Positions 39,026 through 48,056 of a stretch of DNA of 64,000 nt are shown in pieces. The notes under the pieces are model-generated. The model saw only the letters and a program-made list of their open reading frames with translations. It had not been told where the DNA came from and ran no database searches. The stretch lies in contig JAPOWV010000023.1 in the NCBI GenBank assembly GCA_026707445.1, forward strand, positions 18,641-82,640. Direction: 5' to 3'. This DNA is from Gammaproteobacteria bacterium (lineage in GTDB: Bacteria; Pseudomonadota; Gammaproteobacteria; Steroidobacterales; Foliamicaceae). The position numbers and the translations under genes are program-made. The first letter of the stretch is position 1, and each line of letters opens with the position of its first letter.

Positions 39026-39732
39026 AGGCGCAGGGCGTTGAGATGGATGCGCAGGGTCACGTTGGCGGTCATCAACGGGTAGCGCAGCAGGCTGCGGGCC
39101 AGGACGCCGCCCGTGACCGGCCGCCGGGTCAGCGCCAGGCTGGTCTGAAGCGTCGCCTCTTCCTCCTTGAGAACCTCAATGCTCAGCGACAGACGCTCGC
39201 CGGGCGGCCCTGCCCAGCAGCGGTACGACATGTCCATGGGAATGAAGGGAGATACGTGCATTTCCTTATTGAAATCAAACAATTGCCCCCTGCCCCCAGA
39301 TTTTGCGTCAACAGCGGGCAGCACATAGCATACGCGCTCCTTCCAGGGCGTGTTGCTCACCTCCAGCACGTAACAGCGCGGCGTGGGGCTGTCCCGATCG
39401 AAGCAGTAATAGACCGAGATCGGGTTGAAGATGTAGCCGAAATACCGCAGATGCGTCAGCAGCCGCACCGGCCCGTCCAGACGCAGGCCGCTCCGTTCAT
39501 GCACCAATGCACGCACACCCTCCGCGAGATCGCCGCAGTTTCCGTCCATGTGGTCGCTGGACAGGAAGCGCGCGATCGCCGGGCGTCGCGTGGACCACAA
39601 CCACCTGCCGGAAAAGACCTGGTCAAGCTCGTCCAGGTCCATGTACGCCATGAACAGGCGGTATTGAAACGCGTGCCTAGCCGGCCTGTGCCGGATATGC
39701 CTGACCCAGCCCTCGTAGATCGCGCTGTGCAT
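38983..39732 (-). CDS. DUF1365 family protein
   Basis: MHSAIYEGWVRHIRHRPxxHAFQYRLFMAYMDLDELD is a typical DUF1365 start; usual partner of cfa and FAD oxidoreductase. Confidence 0.8.
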   Translation of the reverse strand: MHSAIYEGWVRHIRHRPARHAFQYRLFMAYMDLDELDQVFSGRWLWSTRRPAIARFLSSDHMDGNCGDLAEGVRALVHERSGLRLDGPVRLLTHLRYFGYIFNPISVYYCFDRDSPTPRCYVLEVSNTPWKERVCYVLPAVDAKSGGRGQLFDFNKEMHVSPFIPMDMSYRCWAGPPGERLSLSIEVLKEEEATLQTSLALTRRPVTGGVLARSLLRYPLMTANVTLRIHLNALRLWLKGVKPLAHPGS

Positions 39733-41050
39733 AAGCGAATTTTGCCTGAATCTCCGGTCCCGCCGCCCATTCGCGGACGCTGCCCGCCGCCTTGAGGCCG
39801 CTTGCCAGGCCGTCTTCGTGAAAGCCCCACCCGGTCCAGGCGCCGCAGAAGAAGCGGTTTCCACTAGCGTTCAGCTCCTCTACCCTGCCCTGCGCGGCAA
39901 AAGCGTCGGCGCTGAATACGGGGTGGGCGAAGCTGAGCCTCGTAATGACCTTGTCACCGTGCACGGGACGCAGCGGATTAAGCGTGACGCAGATCGGTTC
40001 CGGCGACTGAAGATGCTGCAGCACGTTGAGGTTGTAGGTAACGGAAGCCTCGCGGCCGCTGCCGGGCGCCCGATAGTAGTTCCAGGAAGCCCAGGCCAGC
40101 CGCCGCCTGGGGAGAACGCTGCGGTCGGTATGTACAACCGCTTCGTTGCGCCGATACGGTATTGCGCTCAGCACCTGCCGCTCAAGCGGGCTGGGATCCG
40201 TGATCAGGCGCAGCGCCTGGTTGCTGTGTACCGCCAGCACGGCGGCGTCGAAAGCCTCAACGCCCCGATCGGTTTCGACGCGGACTTCGCCCGCCGTGGA
40301 TTCAAGCGAGCGGACCGGCGAACTTGCCCTGACGCAGCCGCCGAAGCCGCGCAGCACGGCGTCCACGTATTGGTCGGAGCCACCGGGAATCATCCGCCAC
40401 TGGCGGTGCCCCTTGGCGCCCAGCAGCATGTGGTTGGCCATGAAACGGAGCAGGTAAAGGCTCGGATAGCGCTCGATCGATTGCACGGAACACGACCAGA
40501 TGGCTCCCGTCATCGGCAGCAGGTAGTCGTTGACCAGCTCCGGGCCGTAACCGCCCTGCTCGAGAAACTCCGCCACGCTGGTCTCGGCCAGCTCCCCTTC
40601 CCTTTCCGCCAACGCCCCGTTGGCGTCGCGATTGAACCTCAGGATGTCCCGCAGCATCCGGTAGTGCCTGGGGCGAAGAAGGTTCCGCCGCTGCGCGAAG
40701 AGCCGGTTCATTGTGCTGCCGTGGTATTCCAGGGCGGACTGGTCGCAGCGCAGGCTGAAACTCATTTCCGTGTCCCGCGCGGGAATATTCAGATCCTGCA
40801 GGAGCTGCGTGAAATGCGGGTAATTGGCCTCGTTGAATACCATGAAGCCCAGGTCCGCCCGGTATTCCTGCCCGAATCGCTCGAATTCGAGGGTGCGGGT
40901 ATGGCCACCCGGCTTTTCCCGCGCCTCGAACAGCGTCACCTCATGCTCGCCGTCCAGCTCCCTGGCCGCGGCAAGGCCGGATATTCCTGCGCCGATGACG
41001 GCGATGCGCAGGCGATTCACCGTCCCGAGGCGGGTTACTTCAACGTCCAT
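39677..41050 (-). CDS. NAD(P)/FAD-dependent oxidoreductase (amine-oxidase-like)
   Basis: IAVIGAGISGLAAA dinucleotide fold; C-terminal GWGFHEDG; conserved cluster with DUF1365/cfa. Confidence 0.8.
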   Translation of the reverse strand: MDVEVTRLGTVNRLRIAVIGAGISGLAAARELDGEHEVTLFEAREKPGGHTRTLEFERFGQEYRADLGFMVFNEANYPHFTQLLQDLNIPARDTEMSFSLRCDQSALEYHGSTMNRLFAQRRNLLRPRHYRMLRDILRFNRDANGALAEREGELAETSVAEFLEQGGYGPELVNDYLLPMTGAIWSCSVQSIERYPSLYLLRFMANHMLLGAKGHRQWRMIPGGSDQYVDAVLRGFGGCVRASSPVRSLESTAGEVRVETDRGVEAFDAAVLAVHSNQALRLITDPSPLERQVLSAIPYRRNEAVVHTDRSVLPRRRLAWASWNYYRAPGSGREASVTYNLNVLQHLQSPEPICVTLNPLRPVHGDKVITRLSFAHPVFSADAFAAQGRVEELNASGNRFFCGAWTGWGFHEDGLASGLKAAGSVREWAAGPEIQAKFAYAQRDLRGLGQAYPAQAG

Positions 41051-41121
41051 CCGGCTATAATTCGGAGTTCTCGCGCGCGCCGGATTCAGGCGCAGGCAGC
41101 AAGGAGCCCGGGAGGGATCGA

Positions 41122-41991
41122 TTGGTGAAGACCGCAACGCGAAAGGCGCAACACAAGGCTCGGATCGTAGTCATTGGAATGATTGCCTTTCACCTGGCCT
41201 GTTTCGGCGCCATCTACACGGGCGTGAGCTGGACCGCCGTGATTGTCGCGGCCGCACTTTACTTTCTGCGGGCCTTCGGCGTCACCGCGGGTTTTCACCG
41301 CCTGCTCGCCCATTCCTCGTACAGCGCATCCCGCCCCGTGCGCTTTCTGCTGACCTTCATGGGAAGCTGCGCCACCCAGGGCGGCCCGCTGTGGTGGGCG
41401 TCGCATCATCGCCGCCACCATCGCTATTCCGAGCGCGAAGGCGACGTGCATTCGCCCGTTCAGCGTGGCTTCTGGTACGCGCATATCGGATGGATGTGGG
41501 ATGCCGTGTGCTTCGCGGGCAACTACGCCAACATCAAGGACCTTCACCGTTACCCGGAAATCCGGATTCTACAGAAAGGTTACGTTTTCCTGATCCTGGG
41601 CCAGGCCGCGGCCCTGTTCGGCCTTGGCGCGCTGCTGAACTGGCTGAATCCGGCCCTGGGAACCAGCGGCCTGCAGATGCTGGTGTGGGGTTTCTTCATC
41701 AGCACCGTGGCCCTGTGGCACGCCACTTTCATGGTAAATTCGGTCTGCCACCTGTGGGGCACGCGGCCGAACCCCGCCGGAGACGGCAGCCGCAACAACT
41801 TCCTCGTGGCCCTGCTGACCCTCGGAGAAGGCTGGCACAACAACCACCACCGCTGGGCCTACTCGGCGCGGCACGGACTGCGCTGGTGGCAGCTCGACAT
41901 CACCTGGCTGGGCCTGCTTGTCATGAAGCATCTCCGACTGGTCCGTGATCTCCGCCTTCCCGCCAGGAGAGTGGCGTCCGTTCGGGCCTGA
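41122..41991 (+). CDS. Acyl-CoA (delta-9-type) fatty acid desaturase
   Basis: Three His boxes HRLLAH, HRRHHRYSE, GEGWHNNHH; TTG/GTG start. Confidence 0.88.
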   Translation: MVKTATRKAQHKARIVVIGMIAFHLACFGAIYTGVSWTAVIVAAALYFLRAFGVTAGFHRLLAHSSYSASRPVRFLLTFMGSCATQGGPLWWASHHRRHHRYSEREGDVHSPVQRGFWYAHIGWMWDAVCFAGNYANIKDLHRYPEIRILQKGYVFLILGQAAALFGLGALLNWLNPALGTSGLQMLVWGFFISTVALWHATFMVNSVCHLWGTRPNPAGDGSRNNFLVALLTLGEGWHNNHHRWAYSARHGLRWWQLDITWLGLLVMKHLRLVRDLRLPARRVASVRA

Positions 41992-42000
41992 TTCCGGAAG

Positions 42001-42019
42001 GGAGGGCGTCCCGCCCTCC
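42001..42019. terminator. REP-like GC hairpin just after desaturase stop
   Basis: GGAGGGCG-TCC-CGCCCTCC, 8-bp stem, same core as the other REP copies. Confidence 0.4.
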
Positions 42020-42124
42020 ACCAAACCACCGCCACTCCGCCCAAATTTCACACCTATCGCGCAGGTTCCTCGCGCAAGCGGCCATCGCGATATACTAGGC
42101 TGCATAACAGGGAGGTAGCGAGCC

Positions 42125-42841
42125 ATGGATTTGTTTCTGGAACAGCCCCATACAAAGCGCAACAAGAGGATTGTGCGGCGCGGTTCACCCACCAACGATC
42201 TTGTGCTGAGCGCGTATCAGGCCGCCAACGAACATGTATTTCCGAAAATACTTGATTTGTATGTAGCGCCGGGGGGCCTCGTCGCAGACATTACCTATGG
42301 AAAAGGTGTTTTCTGGCGCAACGTGGATGCCGACAGGTACCGTCTCAAGGCAACCGACCTGACCGATGGCATTGACTGCCGCGACCTGCCCTATGACGAC
42401 GGCGAACTGGACTGCGTCGTGTTTGATCCTCCCTACATGCACACGCCGGGAGGCACCGCGCATTCCACGCACCAGCCCTTCGAAAACTACTACCGCAATA
42501 ACGTCACCGGCAACAAGACAAAGAGCAAGTATCACGAAGCGGTACTGGAGTTGTATACGGATACGGGCCTAGAAGCCTATCGAGTTCTGCACGACAGAGG
42601 AGTGTTTATCGTCAAGTGTCAGGACGAGGTATGCTCAAACCGCCAGCGATTCACGCACATTGAAATCATCCGGGAATACGAAAGCCTGGGATTTGTCGCT
42701 GAGGACCTGTTTGTCGTAATGCGCAACAATCGCCCAGGCGTTAGCCGCGCTGCGAAGCAGGTGCACGCGCGCAAGAATCATTCCTATTTCCTTGTCTTCT
42801 GGAAGAAAGGCAAGACCGGCTCAATCTGGACTCCGCCCTAA
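42125..42841 (+). CDS. Site-specific DNA methyltransferase, probably N6-adenine
   Basis: Motif I-like VADITYGKGVFW then motif IV VVFDPPYMH; GGAGG RBS; lies in low-GC island. Confidence 0.75.
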   Translation: MDLFLEQPHTKRNKRIVRRGSPTNDLVLSAYQAANEHVFPKILDLYVAPGGLVADITYGKGVFWRNVDADRYRLKATDLTDGIDCRDLPYDDGELDCVVFDPPYMHTPGGTAHSTHQPFENYYRNNVTGNKTKSKYHEAVLELYTDTGLEAYRVLHDRGVFIVKCQDEVCSNRQRFTHIEIIREYESLGFVAEDLFVVMRNNRPGVSRAAKQVHARKNHSYFLVFWKKGKTGSIWTPP

Positions 42842-43347
42842 TGAACCCCATCGACCTGATGCTTCGAGTAATCAGGGAACATACACCACAATCAAAATGG
42901 ACCGGATCCCCACTGGAACCTTTTCGCCAGGTCGCCAACACCAACCGTGGTGATATCGGGGAAGAATTTGTCGCGCGCTACCTTGAGTCGTTTGACATCC
43001 CGGTTCACAGGAGTGAGTCAAGAATCATGGAATGGGATCTGGAGATCGGGGGTAAGCGCTTCGAAGTAAAGACGGCATCCGAGGACAGCGGCGGATCGTT
43101 CCAATTCAACCACGTCCGGCTCGACAGAAACTACGACTACCTCCTGTGCCTTGGCATCCGACCCGCCGAGATTCGCTTCGCGGCGTGGCGTAAAGGCGAA
43201 GTTTCGGAACAGATGGCCGGCACCCTAGTACGAATGGCTGAAGGCCAGGCCGTAACCTTCAAGCTCACGAAAAAGCCCGAAACCATGAGAAAAATCGAAG
43301 ACCTGCCCGGCTGGATTAAGCAGGCAATACAGCCGACTAAGACCTGA
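42841..43347 (+). CDS. Putative type II restriction endonuclease (PD-(D/E)XK-like)
   Basis: TAATG overlap with MTase stop; GEEF ... EWDLEIGGKRFEVKTA fits E..D..ExK; no recognised family. Confidence 0.5.
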   Translation: MNPIDLMLRVIREHTPQSKWTGSPLEPFRQVANTNRGDIGEEFVARYLESFDIPVHRSESRIMEWDLEIGGKRFEVKTASEDSGGSFQFNHVRLDRNYDYLLCLGIRPAEIRFAAWRKGEVSEQMAGTLVRMAEGQAVTFKLTKKPETMRKIEDLPGWIKQAIQPTKT

Positions 43348-43376
43348 TTCGCATTCGATGCGCGACAGCGCTATAC

Positions 43377-44276
43377 CTATAGACGAATTTGTACTTCGTC
43401 CAAGCTGACTCGAGCATGATTCAGAAGTCTCCTGACACGGTTTATCTGCGCGTCGGCGCTTCCATGCCGGTTATAGATGAAGGGCGTGTCTCGTACCGGT
43501 GTAGGAGAGTTGAAATTCTGACTCCCGGATGTCGTCAGAAAACCACGAAAATGAGCGTTCTGGTTGAGACGACCTGCCTGCCATAGCCATCGCACCGTAT
43601 GCACGACCAACTCGTACCAATACCGGATAGCACAGGAACTATTGTCTGGAAACTTGATCGACGACGGAGGATCAGTATTCGGCTCGCGAGAGAAGCGCGA
43701 CAGCGGTTGCCATTGGATAGATCCATTGCCCTCGCGATCCGACGCCATCTGCTGTTGGCGCTGCGCCGGAGTCGGTGTTTGCCCTGCCCGGAGCAAGCGT
43801 TGCGAAACCTTTGGCCTCCATAGCTCAAGGGCTTGCAGGCAGGCATATACCGGATCATCTCTGAGGTCGAATTGCGCAATCCTCCTTTCTTCGACCGCTG
43901 CCGACTCAATAAATGTTTCGTAGATTTCCCATTTCTGACCGTCCGTGACGGAGAAATATGGCGTGCCCCGTTCCGTGCAGTAGTTGATTACTTGGCGAAG
44001 CACGCTCTGATCTTGCAGACTGTGTCCAAGTTTCTTGGCCTCCACCATCATTATGGGCCTATTGTCCTTGAGAAGTGCGTAATCTACGGAGCCTGGGTTT
44101 GTCGCATATTCAGGTCTAACCAGTCCGGGATCTTCTGTATTCCAGCCCATTGCGCGTAGTAGTGGATCGATCAGCGCGTAGCGTGTCAGCGATTCACTCT
44201 GGCTGAGTTCCGCACGATGCGTATCAATACGCTCGCCGAGCACCTTCACCAATTCATGCAGTGCCTCTAGACTCAT
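43377..44276 (-). CDS. HSDR_N-like PD-(D/E)XK nuclease domain protein with uncharacterised C-terminal half
   Basis: ESLTRYALIDPLLRAMGW ... VDYALL ... MMVEAKKLG resembles the type I restriction R-subunit N-terminal domain; start at MSLEAL avoids overlap. Confidence 0.6.
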   Translation of the reverse strand: MSLEALHELVKVLGERIDTHRAELSQSESLTRYALIDPLLRAMGWNTEDPGLVRPEYATNPGSVDYALLKDNRPIMMVEAKKLGHSLQDQSVLRQVINYCTERGTPYFSVTDGQKWEIYETFIESAAVEERRIAQFDLRDDPVYACLQALELWRPKVSQRLLRAGQTPTPAQRQQQMASDREGNGSIQWQPLSRFSREPNTDPPSSIKFPDNSSCAIRYWYELVVHTVRWLWQAGRLNQNAHFRGFLTTSGSQNFNSPTPVRDTPFIYNRHGSADAQINRVRRLLNHARVSLDEVQIRL

Positions 44277-44310
44277 ATAGACCCCCTGTCGCTTTGCTTC
44301 GCGCCTTATA

Positions 44311-46023
44311 TTACTGAACAGGTAACGCGGAGAAATCGGGCTGGTTGAGATGGCCGGAGTAGCGTATGACGAAACCGGCAAGCGGGAGCGTGATTTTCAC
44401 GTCGAAGCAGAACCGCCCATCTTTCTCAAACTCGAAGGAATCGCCTCGTGGCGCCAAAGCCCGGGGCAGCGGAAGGCCCAGAATACTCCAGCGCCGCATT
44501 ACCAGACCAAGGCGGCCCTGCTGTGCTACCAAGGCCATGCCAAAAACCAAGGGTCCGAAACGCTCACAAAGCAGATGCTCGAAGCGGCCGTAGCCTACGG
44601 TGAAGGTGCTGGCAAAGACCTGGCCTCCAAAATCTCTTGTCCACTTGTCGTAACTTCCGAAACGCTCGAAGGTAACCGTTACCGGCACCTCATTTGCTGC
44701 CTTGGGGAAACGGAGCATCCAGGCAAGCAACTTCGCCAATGTTCCCTTCCCTCGAGTGACGGCCGCCGTGCCGCTCACTTTCAGGAATCGACCGCTCCCA
44801 TGCACAGCCCTTAGAGAAGCCGGCAGGGAATTCCAAGCATTTCCCAAGATCTGTTCGTGCAGACATTGACTGTAGCTCGATTCCTTGCTCCGCACGCCCA
44901 GCGCAATAGCCCGGGGCGCAAAGACTCTCCGATAGTCTTCCATTTCTAGCTGGCTGGCGGCAGAGCGTGCACCGGGACTTGGCGGGCGGCCACTCAGCCA
45001 GTCACGCACCAAAGCCTCCAGCGCCATGGAAGGAATGTACAAGCCGTGACGTCCTTCGGCCACAAGGTGAGCAGATCGCGTGATTCTTTCACCGTTAGTT
45101 TTCGACCCCTCGATTTCCACAAACATGCCGCCCCTATGCTCGCCCCACCGCAGCTTGTTGACGATGCGAAACATGAGCCCACTCAGCGAAGTCAGCGAAG
45201 GGATCAGGCCCAAAGACACAGCTTTGGCAAGCCCTCGCAGCATCCAATGCAGCATAGCGGGTTCGGGCGCCGCGCCCATCCAAATGGTCTGAACCTGGGG
45301 CCAATGATCGACAAGGAGTTCGAGATCCGGGACCTGCACCAGCGAGAAGCGGCGCGGAAACAGGGGAATGTACCCCGGGGGCGCGATAGTGTAGCGTTGC
45401 GTTTCGGTTAATCCGTGTACTAGCTCGGAGCGGCCCGCCCTGAGAACCCGGATCGGCTTACCCGCGTATCCGGCAATCGCCCGGATAACGTTGTATCCCA
45501 CGCCCGCATAAGGAGATGGGGCAACTCCTCCCATGATTGAATCTACCCGGTCCAGACCGACTACAAGTTCGCCGACCATGGCAGCGCTCAATGCCGGGAA
45601 AGTGCTGGCGCCTGACAGCACCACCAAACCGTGCTCCTTCGCCTCCTGATCGAATTCGGCGACACCGCGAACGAATGCGGGGCTGTCGGCTAGATCCAGG
45701 TAGTGTGTACGTGTGGCGAGTGCTGCTTTGACAAGACGATACGGATCACTTCCATAGGCTTGGAAGGGCCCTGAAGCATCAATCACAATATCGGGGGTGA
45801 GTTCTTCCAGATCCCTGATAAGCCCCTTCTCACGGTCCAGAACAACAGCTTCTCGCCGGGCGCCGGGTGGGAGCTCGTCGCACAGGGCAGCCGCCTTGGA
45901 GCGTGACCTTCCTGCAATGAGTAGCGTAAGCGCCGACTCCAGGCAAAGCAGTTCGGCCAGACGGCTGCCGAACGTGCCATAGCCGCCGACAATAAGAAGT
46001 CTTAGACTGGATTTACTCAACAT
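44311..46023 (-). CDS. Saccharopine-dehydrogenase-like NAD(P)-binding protein fused to a DUF4166-like C-terminal domain
   Basis: Rossmann LLIVGGYGTFGSRLAELL at N-terminus; C-terminal third resembles DUF4166 from memory. Confidence 0.6.
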   Translation of the reverse strand: MLSKSSLRLLIVGGYGTFGSRLAELLCLESALTLLIAGRSRSKAAALCDELPPGARREAVVLDREKGLIRDLEELTPDIVIDASGPFQAYGSDPYRLVKAALATRTHYLDLADSPAFVRGVAEFDQEAKEHGLVVLSGASTFPALSAAMVGELVVGLDRVDSIMGGVAPSPYAGVGYNVIRAIAGYAGKPIRVLRAGRSELVHGLTETQRYTIAPPGYIPLFPRRFSLVQVPDLELLVDHWPQVQTIWMGAAPEPAMLHWMLRGLAKAVSLGLIPSLTSLSGLMFRIVNKLRWGEHRGGMFVEIEGSKTNGERITRSAHLVAEGRHGLYIPSMALEALVRDWLSGRPPSPGARSAASQLEMEDYRRVFAPRAIALGVRSKESSYSQCLHEQILGNAWNSLPASLRAVHGSGRFLKVSGTAAVTRGKGTLAKLLAWMLRFPKAANEVPVTVTFERFGSYDKWTRDFGGQVFASTFTVGYGRFEHLLCERFGPLVFGMALVAQQGRLGLVMRRWSILGLPLPRALAPRGDSFEFEKDGRFCFDVKITLPLAGFVIRYSGHLNQPDFSALPVQ

Positions 46024-46138
46024 CAGAAAACAAGGTCAACTCACGGTGTGTGAGGTTCACTGCAATTTGCGGCACGAAATGCGAAGAGAGAGCATCTACT
46101 GACCAAGCGGACGCAAGTTGGCCCAAGCTGGGGCGGAA

Positions 46139-46945
46139 TTATCGGCAAATGTAAGGAGATCTATGATCCACGACGTGCCGACGCCAGCTTTCGGGTTTGC
46201 TTCCGCCACGGGAAAAGAGTTCTCGATCAATTTGGCTAACATCCAAACTGCAGAGCTCCGAGAGGCAATCTACTGCGCAACAAAAGGATTCGTAGTTGTC
46301 CGCAGTGTTTTCGTCCGCAGCGTTGAACTCGTATTTAGGAATAAGACGCTCCGCCTGCCGTTTCCAACTCATCGTGACATTCATCAGGACCACATCCCGG
46401 CCAGCCAGCAGGTTGATGGAGCATCCTGCCCATTGATCCATTATGTATCCTGGTTTCAAGTCACGCCCATCGCGAGGTGTGAGGAAATAGATCAACTTGG
46501 TGAAATAGGCCGGGCCGGCTCCCTTCAACTTTTTCTTTCTGCGCAGAACATTAAGCTGGCCGTATGCTTCCTTCCTGCTAATCGCGCCACCCCGTATTTC
46601 CCCCGCCACATCCAGCCACTCCGAGGAACCGGAGACAAGTGTTTTCCAGTTGTTTGGGCGCATACCGCCCCAAGCCATTACCGCTGCACAGACGATTGGC
46701 AGGCTGGCTGTCGGGCATGATGCCAATTGAAAGACCTCGCTGCGTGTCATGCGCCTTTCAGGTAAGGCCATTGGGTCTGCGTCCCGAAGCTCCCGGCTGA
46801 ATGATCGGGCTGGTTTACTGTCTCTGGTATCGTCCGGGTTGTGTTGTTCAGTGATGCCGTCGCGGAAAACATTCAGATGCTCAGCACAAAAGTGAATGAC
46901 GGCACAGTCCTTTGTGGGCTCGCCAACACGCTTCAGTTGAGTCAT
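46139..46945 (-). CDS. Hypothetical protein, possibly 8-oxoguanine-glycosylase (OGG)-fold family
   Basis: AVMAWGGM ... LKGAGPAYFTKLIYFL ... IMDQW pattern recalled from OGG-fold proteins; start uncertain. Confidence 0.45.
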   Translation of the reverse strand: MTQLKRVGEPTKDCAVIHFCAEHLNVFRDGITEQHNPDDTRDSKPARSFSRELRDADPMALPERRMTRSEVFQLASCPTASLPIVCAAVMAWGGMRPNNWKTLVSGSSEWLDVAGEIRGGAISRKEAYGQLNVLRRKKKLKGAGPAYFTKLIYFLTPRDGRDLKPGYIMDQWAGCSINLLAGRDVVLMNVTMSWKRQAERLIPKYEFNAADENTADNYESFCCAVDCLSELCSLDVSQIDRELFSRGGSKPESWRRHVVDHRSPYICR

Positions 46946-47035
46946 TTCGAATGTCGCCCGAGGCGTCCTCAGTCTGTGTCTCCGGACTCGCTATTGGGCA
47001 TGGTCCTAATGCTCTTGGGCACCGTTTACCGATAG

Positions 47036-48040
47036 TTATGGAATCGTCTGGAGTTCAAGCTCCAGGGCGTCCTGCCCCGCCTGCCAGGCGGCCTGCGCCT
47101 CGTAGTCGCCGGCGCCGGACGTGGTCTGTCCGCTGACGGACAGCCGGGCGGTAATCGCCAGTTCCGGCTGGTCGGAAATCTTCGCGCCGGGCAGCATTGC
47201 ATCGGCGTCGCTCAGCCGGACGTCCAGCGGGAAGCGCGCGCCGTCCACGCGCTTTGCGGCCAGCGGCGGGCCGGCCTGTCCGGGTATGCGCGCCACGATG
47301 AACAGCACGGCGCCGGGCGGCGGAGTGGCTGGCGGCCCCAGGGTCAGGCGAATCTCCACGTTGCCTTCCGCGGAGACGGCCCCGCCGGACTCGACGCGCG
47401 CCCCCAGGCGATTCAGCTCGCCCTCGACGATGGCTCGCACCTCGGGCGTGACCGGGCCTTCCAGCATCATCCTCCAGCGCTGCACCGCGATGATGTCCTG
47501 GCCGGTTGCGCTGGCCCGCAGACCGCCGTACCAGAGTCCCTTGGGATTGGCGGGGTCCGCCAGCAGCACCTGCTCGACCATTTCGCCGGCGTCCTCCAGC
47601 AGCCGCTGGGGATTGCCGAGGATCAGCGCCTCGGCCTTGCCCATCAGAGCATCCATGTCCCGGCCTCCGGTCAGGTCCAGCACCCGGTCGAAGGCCTGCG
47701 CCGCGTCGGAATAACGCTCCACCTGGGCGTAGGAAGCGCCCAGCAGCATCCAGCCCCTGGGATCGTCCGGTGACGCTTCCAGTCGCGCGCGCAACGGACC
47801 GATCAGTTCCTCCACTCTCGGAGGCGAACCGTCTTCACCCATTTCAAGTCCGGCATGGGCCCATTCGTAGTTGCTGGACTGCAGGTAGATCAGCCCGGCC
47901 AGGACCGGAATCAGCAGGCACGACGCGGTCAATGCCGCCGTGCTTGCGGGCTTGCGGCGGTCGTGCCATAACTGGTGCGCAACGCAGGCCAGCGCCGCCA
48001 TGGCCAAAACCACGCAGATTGCGATGAAGCCGGCGACCAT
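47036..48040 (-). CDS. ccmI: Cytochrome c biogenesis protein CcmI (CycH), TPR-containing
   Basis: N-terminal TM pair, TPR-like region, position after ccmH; ATG 48040 preferred over the overlapping 48124. Confidence 0.72.
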   Translation of the reverse strand: MVAGFIAICVVLAMAALACVAHQLWHDRRKPASTAALTASCLLIPVLAGLIYLQSSNYEWAHAGLEMGEDGSPPRVEELIGPLRARLEASPDDPRGWMLLGASYAQVERYSDAAQAFDRVLDLTGGRDMDALMGKAEALILGNPQRLLEDAGEMVEQVLLADPANPKGLWYGGLRASATGQDIIAVQRWRMMLEGPVTPEVRAIVEGELNRLGARVESGGAVSAEGNVEIRLTLGPPATPPPGAVLFIVARIPGQAGPPLAAKRVDGARFPLDVRLSDADAMLPGAKISDQPELAITARLSVSGQTTSGAGDYEAQAAWQAGQDALELELQTIP

Positions 48041-48056
48041 GTCCTGCGCCCGAGCC

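Noticed and set aside
46118-46720. 200-aa plus-strand ORF antisense to the OGG-fold-like gene.
   Set aside because: It overlaps the longer minus-strand ORF, which carries a recognisable conserved pattern. It has no RBS or motif support. The call is less certain here because island GC is lower, so it was kept out of the features.
42020-47035. Low-GC island considered as a classical integrative element or prophage remnant.
   Set aside because: There is no integrase, recombinase, transposase or phage structural gene, no tRNA target and no flanking direct repeats. It was kept as an island of unknown insertion mechanism.
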